DNA of 64,000 nt from Methanomassiliicoccaceae archaeon (lineage in GTDB: Archaea > Thermoplasmatota > Thermoplasmata > Methanomassiliicoccales > Methanomassiliicoccaceae). The stretch spans positions 384,001 through 448,000 of the forward strand of contig JAXGZN010000001.1 in assembly GCA_040776945.1 (NCBI GenBank), in the 5' to 3' direction. How positions within the stretch are numbered: the stretch's first letter is position 1; every line of letters starts with the position of its first letter. Shown one piece after another: positions 28,024 to 36,938 of the stretch. The notes below the pieces were generated by a model. It was given only the letters and a program-made list of their open reading frames with translations. It ran no database searches and was not told the origin of the DNA. The translations under genes and the position numbers were made by a program.

Positions 28024-29118
28024 TCAATCCATGAACACTATGTTCTCATGACTGACGACCGCGGTGCCGTTGCCGTTCTTGCCCTGGACCTTATCGCTTT
28101 TACACTTCTGGACCATGGCCTGGACCTCCGCCGAGGAGAAGTTGGATATCCCCTTTCCAAGATCGTTGATCCTAACAACGTCGCCCTTCTTGAACCTGCC
28201 CTCCACCGACGTGATGCCGCAAGGCAGCAGCGATCTGCCGGCATGGATGGCCTTCTCCGCTCCGTCATCGATCCTCAGGCTCCCGCGTGGGCAGGCGAAC
28301 AGTATCCACCGTTCACGATTGGTATAATGGGACCGGGCGGTGAACAGAGTTCCAATTTCCTCTCCAATGGCGACCCTCTTTATCACGTCCTCGGTCCGCC
28401 CGTTGGCAATTACCATGTTGCACCCTGATTCCATGGCGATCTTGGCCGCGTTGATCTTCGAGCGCATGCCTCCGGTGGAACGCTCGTTCTTCCTGCTCCC
28501 GGCGATACGCTCGATGTCCCTAGTGATCTCATCGACGATCGGTATCAGCTTTGCCTGGCTATCCGCCTCGGGGTTGCGGTCATAGAGGCCGTCGACGTCC
28601 GTCAGAAGGACCAGCAGGTCGGCGTCCATCTTGCTCGCGACCAGCGCGGAGAGCTTGTCGTTATCGCCAAATATCTCCTCGATCTCGTCCGTGGAGATCA
28701 CGTCGTTCTCGTTGACCACCGGAACGACGCCGAGCCGGAACATCTCGGCGATGGCCTTCTGCAGGTCAAGGTAGCGGGCGCGGTCGGAGAACGCTCCGTA
28801 CGTCAGCAGGACCTGGCCTACGCTCCTGCCGTGCTTGCGGAAAGCCTCCCGCCACGCCAGCATGAGCGTTGCCTGCCCCACCGCGGCGCAGGCCTGCTTC
28901 ATGGGGACGTCCTTTTTCTTGCCGTCTAGCTTCAGCTCCGAAGAGCCGGAACCGATTGCCCCCGAGGTGACCACGATGCTCTGGATCCCCAGACCGTCCA
29001 GCTCGACCACCTGGCGGGCGACCTCGTCGATGTATCCTTGGTCCACCGTGCCGTCGTCCCGGCAGATAGTGTTCGTGCCGATCTTCACTACGATGCGCTT
29101 GACCTCGAGGTCCCTCAT
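28024..29118 (-). CDS. proB: Glutamate 5-kinase with PUA domain
   Basis: VVKIGT, VTSGAI, KQACAAVGQ, VNENDV, FGDNDKLSA, TGGMRSKI. Confidence 0.95.
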   Translation of the reverse strand: MRDLEVKRIVVKIGTNTICRDDGTVDQGYIDEVARQVVELDGLGIQSIVVTSGAIGSGSSELKLDGKKKDVPMKQACAAVGQATLMLAWREAFRKHGRSVGQVLLTYGAFSDRARYLDLQKAIAEMFRLGVVPVVNENDVISTDEIEEIFGDNDKLSALVASKMDADLLVLLTDVDGLYDRNPEADSQAKLIPIVDEITRDIERIAGSRKNERSTGGMRSKINAAKIAMESGCNMVIANGRTEDVIKRVAIGEEIGTLFTARSHYTNRERWILFACPRGSLRIDDGAEKAIHAGRSLLPCGITSVEGRFKKGDVVRINDLGKGISNFSSAEVQAMVQKCKSDKVQGKNGNGTAVVSHENIVFMD

Positions 29119-30401
29119 ATTATCTTCCTGTGGGTGAACCTGCGGCCGCCCTTCCCCACGTACTCGGCGACCGTTTGGCCGTTGCCTCGCAGCTTATACT
29201 TATATATGACCAGGCCCTCGAGGCCCACCGGACCGCGGGCGTGGGTCTTGTTGGTAGATATCCCCACCTCCGCGCCCAGCCCGTAGCGGTAGCCGTCCGC
29301 GAACCGGGTGGAGGCGTTCCACATTACCGAGGAGGAGTCCACAAGGTCCATGAACCTGGCCGCCGCCTCATGATCGGAGGTGATGATCGCATCGGTGTGA
29401 TGGGACGAGAAGCGATTGACGTGCTCGATGGCCTCGTCCAGTGAGCTGACGACCTTGATCGAGAGGACCGTGTCGTTATACTCCTCCTTCCAGTCCTCTT
29501 CCGTGGCCGGCAGCGCGCCGATCGCCCGCCTCGTCTCCTCATCTCCCCGCAGCTCCACCTTCGCCTCCTTGTACCGCGATGCCATGCGGGGCAGGAAGTC
29601 ATAGGCGATGTCACGATGAACCAGAAGTGTCTCCATCGCGTTGCATACCGCGGGATACTGGACCTTGGCGTCATAGCAGACGTCCACAGCCATGTCCAGA
29701 TCGGCGCTCTTGTCCACGTAGGTATGACAGATGCCGGCCGCATGTCCCAGGACCGGGACCCTGGTGCTCTCCATGATGGACCGCACTAGTTCGTTCGATC
29801 CCCGAGGGATGATGAGGTCTATGAGGTCGTCATGCTTGAGCAGTTCGCGGAACTGTTCTCGGGTGGACAGGACCTGGACCGCGTCCTTCAGACGCTCGTC
29901 CGCAGATAGCGCGGCATCGATGGCCTCGGCCAGCGCAAGGTTCGTCTCCTTTGCCTCGGTGCCGCCCTTCAGCAGCACGGCGTTGCCGGACCTAAGGCAC
30001 AGGCACGATATCTGAACCAGCGCGTCCGGCCGGGACTCGAACACAACGCCGATCACCCCTATGGGGCAGGACACCTTATCGAGCACCAGGCCCTCGTCTA
30101 GCTCGGTACGTGCCAGCAGCTTTCCCACCACGTCCTCCTGGGCCATGAGGGAGCGTATCGATTCAACGGACTCGTCGATCTTGGATCGGTCGTACCTTAA
30201 TCTCTTAACAAGCGCTTGGGAGAGCCTTTGCTCCTCGGCGGAACGAAGGTCGCGGGAGTTGGCCTCCATGATGATGCTGGAGCGCTCCAGCAGCGCGTTG
30301 GCTATGTCCTCGATGGCCTTGTTCCTAGTCTCCAGAGGCAGGCTGGCCAAACGATACGAGGCCTGCCGGGCCCTCTCTGCAGCCTCACGCACGGCGACCA
30401 T
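29115..30401 (-). CDS. proA: Gamma-glutamyl phosphate reductase
   Basis: PIGVIGVVFESRP, IIPRGS, CNAMETLL, NASTRFADG, EVGIST, HARGPVGL. Confidence 0.95.
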   Translation of the reverse strand: MVAVREAAERARQASYRLASLPLETRNKAIEDIANALLERSSIIMEANSRDLRSAEEQRLSQALVKRLRYDRSKIDESVESIRSLMAQEDVVGKLLARTELDEGLVLDKVSCPIGVIGVVFESRPDALVQISCLCLRSGNAVLLKGGTEAKETNLALAEAIDAALSADERLKDAVQVLSTREQFRELLKHDDLIDLIIPRGSNELVRSIMESTRVPVLGHAAGICHTYVDKSADLDMAVDVCYDAKVQYPAVCNAMETLLVHRDIAYDFLPRMASRYKEAKVELRGDEETRRAIGALPATEEDWKEEYNDTVLSIKVVSSLDEAIEHVNRFSSHHTDAIITSDHEAAARFMDLVDSSSVMWNASTRFADGYRYGLGAEVGISTNKTHARGPVGLEGLVIYKYKLRGNGQTVAEYVGKGGRRFTHRKII

Positions 30402-30550
30402 AACGGGCCAGAAGAATTCTATCCGGAGCATATACCTTTCGCTCTATCTATTGAGGTCGGGGCAGCGTTCTCTAGGGCTTTGTTCGCTACTCGGGAGGAA
30501 AAGAGTTATCAACGCCGGGGTCCGGAGAGTACATAGAGGTGAGAACGACG

Positions 30551-30745
30551 GTGTTCAAACTGCTGAAGCTGTACATCATGCTGCTCATGGTGGTTTGGGT
30601 GGCGGCAATTGTCTCGGCCATGATGAGCGCGGGACTTATGGCCGGAAGGAGGATAGGGCTGCGCAGAATGAAGGGGCTGATGCATGAGAGGATGAGGCAG
30701 GCCCATGAAAAGGCATGCGGGGAGATGGAGAGGGAGGAGCCGTAG
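30551..30745 (+). CDS. Small hypothetical membrane peptide
   Basis: GAGGTGA SD before GTG; one TM helix followed by a charged tail. Confidence 0.45.
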   Translation: MFKLLKLYIMLLMVVWVAAIVSAMMSAGLMAGRRIGLRRMKGLMHERMRQAHEKACGEMEREEP

Positions 30746-31121
30746 GTCATAGGACCGCCGTTAACCATGGGGCCGTTCAAGGAACGATGTGATAACTTCG
30801 ATGGCGAGGAATGGCGCTGGAAAGAGGATGGCTCTTGCGGGGCGGGGGGAGGGCATGACCTCTCCTCCGTCCGATTTCGCCTGGCCCTCGTTAAGTGGGC
30901 CGGCATGGAAGTAGTACTGTCCATAACGCTGCTGGCCGAGCGGTTCCGGCGAGCCTCTCGTTAGAGAGGGGCCGAGACAAGAGGCGTGAGGCATCGGGGA
31001 TGATTGGTGGCGGACGGGGGACCGGTCTCCAGGGGCCGAGGTCGCGGCCCCATGTTATCGCTGACGTATCGGTCGAGGATAGGGGCCTACATTGCGGACG
31101 GTGGGGGCGGGCATTGAACGG

Positions 31122-32528
31122 TCAGCGAGAGGAGAACGCCGCCCGGAACCCTCCCATCACGTCCTTCACCGATTGAAGAAGGGGGTGCCTCACCTCAACC
31201 GGCTCGGTCATTCGTTCCAATCTCTCGATCCGAAAGTAGATGGGGGGGTGTGTGTCCCACCGGAACCAGCTTGCCAGGCGTGAAGCCTTCTCCACCTGTA
31301 GGCGCTGGAAGCCGATCTTCCGTAGGCTCTCGGCCATCACCTTCGGTTGCCCGAGGGCCATGACCGACAAGAGGTCGGCACGGGCCTCGAAGAATTTGGC
31401 CACGAAGAATATCAGGAAGGTCACGACCATCAGGTAGAGGAGGGGGGAGAACAGGAACGCGGGGAGCAACACCGTCACGCGAAGAATGAACTCGCCGGAC
31501 ACGATGGCGAAGAGATAGAGCGGGTCCTTACCTTTTAGATGGCCGAGCTCGTGGCCGATGACGCTGATAAGCTCATCGTCGCTGAGCTGGGTCAAAATAC
31601 CTCCTGTGAGGAGGAGTACCCCGCGGCGGAAGCTTATACCGCTGGCCGCGGCGTTCGGCATCAGGCTGTTGGAAATGACTATCTTTGGAATAGGCGCGCC
31701 ATACGGTGCGGCCGCCCTCCTCACCAGGTCCAGTACGTTCACTGCCTTAACCTTGATCCCGTCCTCGGCGCACATCACCCCGAAGCTCATGAGCGTTCTC
31801 CCGATAGCCTTGCAGTCCGGCTCCCTCCCTTGGGCGAGAGAGGCGTCGAACACCGCCTGCTTAAGTCCCAGAAGGTCGACCTGTTTCTTCTTGATGAGCT
31901 CCATTACCTCATTGTTCACCCTGATCTGGAGCAGATAGACCTCTGGTGTCTCCGGCGTGATCTTCCATTTTCCCATGAGTCCGAAGAACTTATCTGCGTA
32001 GACCATGAGAAGGAACTGCAATCCGAGTATGGCGATGACGGCCGGGATTCCGAAAATGAGGAAAAGGGCGATGTTGAACGCGAACATCAATATGCTCAGC
32101 ATCAGGAGGGTCCTGGAGAACAATCGGCCCAGGGCCCTGTGGGCTCGTGACGGCACCTCCTCTGGGAGCACCTTCTCGCCCTTCACCCATATGAGGGCGA
32201 GGTTTGCCCCCCGGAGGTCGTTCTCCAGCGCCTTCACCACCGCCGTGAGGTCCTCGTACAGCCATCTTGCGGCATCTTGGACGCCTTCATCGCCCGACAT
32301 CCTGACCTGCAGACCGTCCTCCGCCTTAATCTCGGTCTTGACCTTCATGCCGTGGGGACCCATCATGTTGAAGGCCACTGCGTCCCGTTCGCCAATCTTT
32401 CCACGCCGCACGCTGGAGAACCGTTCTGGATGCAGCAGCAGGTGATACCTTCGGACCTGGTCCAGCAGTTTCCCTGCGCTCTCTTGGGGCACAACCGATG
32501 GAATGGAGAAGGAGGCCTCCTCGCTCAT
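31122..32528 (-). CDS. M48/HtpX-like membrane zinc metalloprotease with N-terminal extension
   Basis: PNAAASG, VIGHELGHL (HExxH), FEARAD, THPPIYFRIERL. Confidence 0.85.
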   Translation of the reverse strand: MSEEASFSIPSVVPQESAGKLLDQVRRYHLLLHPERFSSVRRGKIGERDAVAFNMMGPHGMKVKTEIKAEDGLQVRMSGDEGVQDAARWLYEDLTAVVKALENDLRGANLALIWVKGEKVLPEEVPSRAHRALGRLFSRTLLMLSILMFAFNIALFLIFGIPAVIAILGLQFLLMVYADKFFGLMGKWKITPETPEVYLLQIRVNNEVMELIKKKQVDLLGLKQAVFDASLAQGREPDCKAIGRTLMSFGVMCAEDGIKVKAVNVLDLVRRAAAPYGAPIPKIVISNSLMPNAAASGISFRRGVLLLTGGILTQLSDDELISVIGHELGHLKGKDPLYLFAIVSGEFILRVTVLLPAFLFSPLLYLMVVTFLIFFVAKFFEARADLLSVMALGQPKVMAESLRKIGFQRLQVEKASRLASWFRWDTHPPIYFRIERLERMTEPVEVRHPLLQSVKDVMGGFRAAFSSR

Positions 32529-32610
32529 CGTTCACTAAGTGCTTTCGAGGATAGAAATCTATTACGGAAGGGAAAAAAGAGGGAAGGTAGGGCCGGGGCC
32601 CATTGTCCGT

Positions 32611-33906
32611 TCAGGCCTTGAGCATGTCCTTCAGGTCCTGGTCAGGGTCTCCGATGGCCTTCCACCCGAACTTGTCCTGGATCAGCTTCCAGTTGTTGGG
32701 GGTGATGAACGCAGGTAGGGTCGGTCCGACGCGCACGTTCTTGATCCCCAGGGCAAGCAGGGTCAGCACGATGGCGACGGCCTTCTGCTCGAACCATGAC
32801 AGCACGATGCTCAGCGGCAGCTCGTTGACATCCACGTTGAACGCCTTGGAGAGCTCGACGGCCAGCACGATGGCGGAGTAAGCATCGTTGCACTGTCCGA
32901 TGTCCAGGAAGCGCGGGATCCCTCCGATGTCACCATATTCCTTGTCGTTGAAGCGGTACTTGCCGCAGGCAAGGGTCATTATGATGCTGTCCTGGGGTAT
33001 CTTCTCCGCCAGCTGCGTATAGTAGTCCCGCCCCGGCGTCGCTCCGTCGCAACCGCCCACCAAGAAGAAGTGCTTCACCTTGCCGGCCTTGACCGCTTCG
33101 ATTATCTGCGGTGCCACGGACAGTACCGCCTTGTAGTGAGCGCCGGTCCATACGTCGGGACCCCTGCGCTCCGGAAGATCGCCGATCTCCTGGGCCTGTT
33201 TGATGATCGCGCTGAAGTCCCTTCGGTCGGAGATGTGCTTGACCTCTGGAACTGCGGCCACGCTCGTCGTCCACAGCCTGTCCTTGTACGATTCAGGAGG
33301 TATGAGGACACAGTTGGTGGTCACCAGTATCGGCCCTCCGAACTCGTTGAACTCCTTCTTTTGCTTCTGCCAGGCACTGCCGTAATTGCCGATCAGGTGC
33401 TTGTACTTCTTTAGCTCGGGGTAGGCGTTCGCAGGAAGCATCTCGCCGTGGGTGTACACGTTCACCCCGGTGCCCTCGGTCTGCTTCAGCAGGGCCTCGA
33501 GGTCCAGCAGGTCGTGCCCGGTCACCAGGATGCCTGGCCCTTTCACCGTCCCGGTCCGTACCTTGGTCGGGGTCGGAAGCCCGAAATGCTCGGTGTTCCC
33601 GGCATCGAGCATCTGCATGGCCTTCAGGTTGATCATGCCCGCCCGCATCAGCGTGTCCCAGCAGTCCTCCAGCGAGAAGGAGACGTTGGTCAAGGTCTTG
33701 AACAGGGCCTCCGCGATGAACGCATCCACCTCTGGGTCAGTCTTTCCGAGCTCCCGGGCGTGATAGGCATACGCGGCGATCCCCTTGAGCCCGAAGATGA
33801 GAGTGTCCATAAGGCTGGCGACGTCCTCGTTCTTTCCACAAACCCCAGCAACGGTGCAGGCCACCCCTTTTGCGGTCTGCTGGCATTGATTGCAATACAT
33901 GGCCAT
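32611..33906 (-). CDS. hcp: Hybrid cluster protein (hydroxylamine/NO reductase), short class III-like form
   Basis: MYCNQCQQTAKGVACTVAGVCGK, VTGHDL, YTHGEMLP, TTNC, GGCDG, LACGK, GQCND, SWFEQKA; about 430 aa. Confidence 0.95.
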   Translation of the reverse strand: MAMYCNQCQQTAKGVACTVAGVCGKNEDVASLMDTLIFGLKGIAAYAYHARELGKTDPEVDAFIAEALFKTLTNVSFSLEDCWDTLMRAGMINLKAMQMLDAGNTEHFGLPTPTKVRTGTVKGPGILVTGHDLLDLEALLKQTEGTGVNVYTHGEMLPANAYPELKKYKHLIGNYGSAWQKQKKEFNEFGGPILVTTNCVLIPPESYKDRLWTTSVAAVPEVKHISDRRDFSAIIKQAQEIGDLPERRGPDVWTGAHYKAVLSVAPQIIEAVKAGKVKHFFLVGGCDGATPGRDYYTQLAEKIPQDSIIMTLACGKYRFNDKEYGDIGGIPRFLDIGQCNDAYSAIVLAVELSKAFNVDVNELPLSIVLSWFEQKAVAIVLTLLALGIKNVRVGPTLPAFITPNNWKLIQDKFGWKAIGDPDQDLKDMLKA

Positions 33907-33986
33907 TGCGATATCTCCGGTATTTTGACCCTCCTTATGATATATAATCATGCTGATGATGAAATATTGGGATTTAATTGAAATAG

Positions 33987-34001
33987 CCTATAATTTATAG
34001 G
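33987..34001. promoter_or_regulatory. Palindromic candidate operator between hcp and its divergent regulator
   Basis: CCTATAA-T-TTATAGG with perfect 7-bp arms. A second dyad ATGAT-ATATA-ATCAT at 33937-33951 overlaps a TATA-like box. Confidence 0.5.
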
Positions 34002-34025
34002 GTGCATGCTTATGGGGCAAGGACA

Positions 34026-34595
34026 ATGACTGTTCGTCTGGACGACAAGGACAAGATAATCGTATCGATGTATTCTGCAGACCCGAACGTTTCTCAGGAG
34101 TCGATAGCCAAGGTGCTGAAGCTCTCCCAACCCTCGGTGGCCGCGAGGGTCGCCAGGCTTAGGCAGGACGGGGCGCTTGGGTCGAACATCGGGATCAACC
34201 CGCTTAAGATGGGGTTGTACCTCGCGAAGGTGGACCTGTCATCGACCAGGCCGGACAGCATCCTTAAGATGTTCGTGGGCTGCCCTTATTTTGCCAATGG
34301 GTTCAGTGTGTCCGGGCGGCATAACCTCTGCCTGTTCTTCTTCAGCGAGAGCGTCACCACATTGGAGGCCATCGTCAACGGGCACATCCGCTCGGACCCC
34401 TCGGTCAAGGACGTGGACTTCGACATCGTGATCTCGTCGGTGAAGGATTTCATCATACCGGTCACGTTGAAGCCGGAGAAGAGCAGGAGACCGCCCTGCG
34501 GCATCGAGCTAAGGTGCAAGGACTGCCGGTCCTTCAAGGGAAAGATGTGCATGGGCTGCCCGGTCACCGGGGAGTACCAGGGAACATTCTATTGA
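34026..34595 (+). CDS. Lrp/AsnC family regulator with C-terminal Cys cluster
   Basis: HTH LDDKDKIIV...SQESIAKVLKLSQPSVAARV; C-terminal CGIELRCKDC...MCMGCP. Confidence 0.82.
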   Translation: MTVRLDDKDKIIVSMYSADPNVSQESIAKVLKLSQPSVAARVARLRQDGALGSNIGINPLKMGLYLAKVDLSSTRPDSILKMFVGCPYFANGFSVSGRHNLCLFFFSESVTTLEAIVNGHIRSDPSVKDVDFDIVISSVKDFIIPVTLKPEKSRRPPCGIELRCKDCRSFKGKMCMGCPVTGEYQGTFY

Positions 34596-34770
34596 ACGCC
34601 GGAGGACCGCGGCCCTTGCCCCTCCAACCTGCCTTGTTGCGTCAACTCTCCGCGCGTCCCGATGAAAGACCGAAAATGCTGGGTCTCGTACCGCCTCTCG
34701 AGAGGATTGCCGGCCCGGCGAGGGTACGCCAGGCAAAGGGATATCTATAGTGGATGGGAAAGAACGTAAC

Positions 34771-34944
34771 ATGGTCAAGCAATTCCAGTGCCCGTTCTGC
34801 GCGTTCAGCGTTACAGCCGAGGACGAGGATGAGGTGCTAAAGCATGTGCAGATGCACAAGGCCGACCATCATCCGGACAAGGATGTTAGCGAGAAGGACA
34901 TTCGCGGCCTTATCCATGCTGTCAAGGTCCAGCAACGGTCCTGA
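34771..34944 (+). CDS. DUF1059-like small metal-binding protein
   Basis: FQCPFCAFSVTAEDEDEVLKHVQMHKADHH pattern. Confidence 0.72.
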   Translation: MVKQFQCPFCAFSVTAEDEDEVLKHVQMHKADHHPDKDVSEKDIRGLIHAVKVQQRS

Positions 34945-35223
34945 GCCGTTCAGGGAGGGCCGGGCAGCCGAAGATGGGGGGGCGGGCCGTCCTTCAGCGG
35001 CCTGCTCTTCCTCGTACACATCTTTCTCGCTAACTGCCTCCCGTCTCTGGCCGCGACCGCGAAGGATGGGTGGGCCATTAGGTATGCTGTCTTGCGGCGG
35101 GCTTCGGGGCCGCGAACCGGCGGCCGTATGGCCCTTATGCCCCTCTCATGATGGTGTTGCCGGGACGAGCGGCAGGATGAACGTCATTTACATCCTCGCT
35201 TGAGGTTCTTGGGTCAGAACAAG

Positions 35224-35910
35224 CTACGGGCCTTGTTCCAGCGGCCGCCTGCGGCCGTCCTTGAACCTGAACGCGCCCCGGCCCTCAGGGGACGAGGCGA
35301 TGATCTCACCGCCGGATAACGTTAGGACAAGGCCTGAGAGATAGTCCGCCCAACCGGCGTCCTCGTGCCTTATCCCGATGAGCTCTTCCTTCAGCAGCAC
35401 GACCTCCCAGTCATGGGAAACATGGACGCTCAGGCCGTCCTCCGGGGCCGAGAGCAGGTCGGCGATGATGGGGGATAGCACCATGTCTGCCGCCTCCGGC
35501 GTGGGCAGCAGGCGCCTTGGGTCGAAGCTCCCGTCGAACCACTTGCGCATGAACCCGTGACCAAGGCGGTCGGCGTCCGTGAGCACGCAGGCGTCCGTCA
35601 GATACGGGGCGCAGAGCGAAGGGCTCTCCTCGATGGAGATGATGCTGTGCCCGGCAGCCTCAAGGCCTTTGGCCATCCACATGGCCGTTTCCCGGCAGCG
35701 GACCGCTGGACTGTGGAACAGCCTCACCTGCCTTCGGCCGCCGATGCTCCGCCCGAACTCCGCCGAATCGGTCATGCCCTTTGGCGTCAGCCCGGTCCCG
35801 AGGCTGTCGTGGACGCTGGATATGGGGTAACGCTCGGCATGCCGCATGACCACCGATGACGGTCGTCGCTCGGATATCTCCCTGGGCAGCCAGCCATTGG
35901 CAGTGGGCAT
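35224..35910 (-). CDS. Histidine phosphatase superfamily protein
   Basis: VMRHAER, LTPKG, SPAVRCRETA, VSHD. Confidence 0.85.
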   Translation of the reverse strand: MPTANGWLPREISERRPSSVVMRHAERYPISSVHDSLGTGLTPKGMTDSAEFGRSIGGRRQVRLFHSPAVRCRETAMWMAKGLEAAGHSIISIEESPSLCAPYLTDACVLTDADRLGHGFMRKWFDGSFDPRRLLPTPEAADMVLSPIIADLLSAPEDGLSVHVSHDWEVVLLKEELIGIRHEDAGWADYLSGLVLTLSGGEIIASSPEGRGAFRFKDGRRRPLEQGP

Positions 35911-36066
35911 CCTTACCCCTAAGGGGATGGCCGATATAAGTTGCTCACCGCAGGGGCCGGCCTAAAATGCTTGGGCAGGGGCTATTATATTCCGGCCGTG
36001 ATTATCCTCTGTTCGTCGGGCCTGGAGGGCTCGCCCGAGGCAGGACCGGCGGGCAGCAGTGATGGC

Positions 36067-36822
36067 ATGATCAGGATAGGATGGTTCACCACCGCCAGGG
36101 GTCCGGGCTCGCTCAATCTGTTCACCACCATGATGGACCGCCTTCGCGGCGGAGACATCGATGCGGAGCTGGCGTTCGTTTTCATTAACCGGGACATAAA
36201 GGACAACGAGTACCGAAGGAAGATCGTTCAGATGGCGGAGGGTAATGGCATCCCGGTGATCATATTCCCCTCCGACGGGTTCATGCCCGAGCTCAAGGCG
36301 AAGGATATCGAGGCATGGCGGAACGAGTACGGCAAGGGGCTGAGGGAACGGATATCCAAGCATCCCATGGATTTCGGGGTGCTCGCAGGCTACATGCTGA
36401 TAATCGACCCTCAGACCTGCCGGGAGCACGAGATCATCAACCTTCACCCTGCGCTGCCTGATACATACAAAGGCACCTGGGAGGAGATCGTGGGCCAGGT
36501 CGTGGACAATAACGATGAGAGATATGGTGCCACCATACACGTGTGCAGTCCAGAGCTGGACCGGGGGGCCGTCATCGCCTACGACTCGTTCGATGTCGGC
36601 CCTCTCAGGCCGGGGTGCGGCTCAAGGGAGGAACTGGTCAAGGCCGTCCGGGCCGCCGAGGTGCGGCGAGAAGCGCCGTTGCTCATGGAAGCGATCAAGA
36701 TGATCGTCGGCCGCGAGATCGTGCTTAGAGGAGGGGAGGTTCTCGGTCCAGAAGGAAAAAGGGTGGGACGCCATCCCGACCTCTCGGACAGGGTCACCAG
36801 GTCCCTTGCCCGGACCCCGTAG
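36067..36822 (+). CDS. purN: PurN-like formyltransferase (phosphoribosylglycinamide formyltransferase family)
   Basis: LAGYMLI, INLHPALP, GATIH...LDRG retain the catalytic N/H/D. The N-terminus IGWFTTARG is atypical. Confidence 0.72.
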   Translation: MIRIGWFTTARGPGSLNLFTTMMDRLRGGDIDAELAFVFINRDIKDNEYRRKIVQMAEGNGIPVIIFPSDGFMPELKAKDIEAWRNEYGKGLRERISKHPMDFGVLAGYMLIIDPQTCREHEIINLHPALPDTYKGTWEEIVGQVVDNNDERYGATIHVCSPELDRGAVIAYDSFDVGPLRPGCGSREELVKAVRAAEVRREAPLLMEAIKMIVGREIVLRGGEVLGPEGKRVGRHPDLSDRVTRSLARTP

Positions 36823-36938
36823 TTGCTCGGGCGCGGCCATGATGCGCGGAGTCGAGCGCCGTCGGAGACCGTGCTTTGCTGGAACCGCTTAAATATGATA
36901 GTTCCATTCGTGCGTTAACACTTCAGAGGAAGCAGGGA

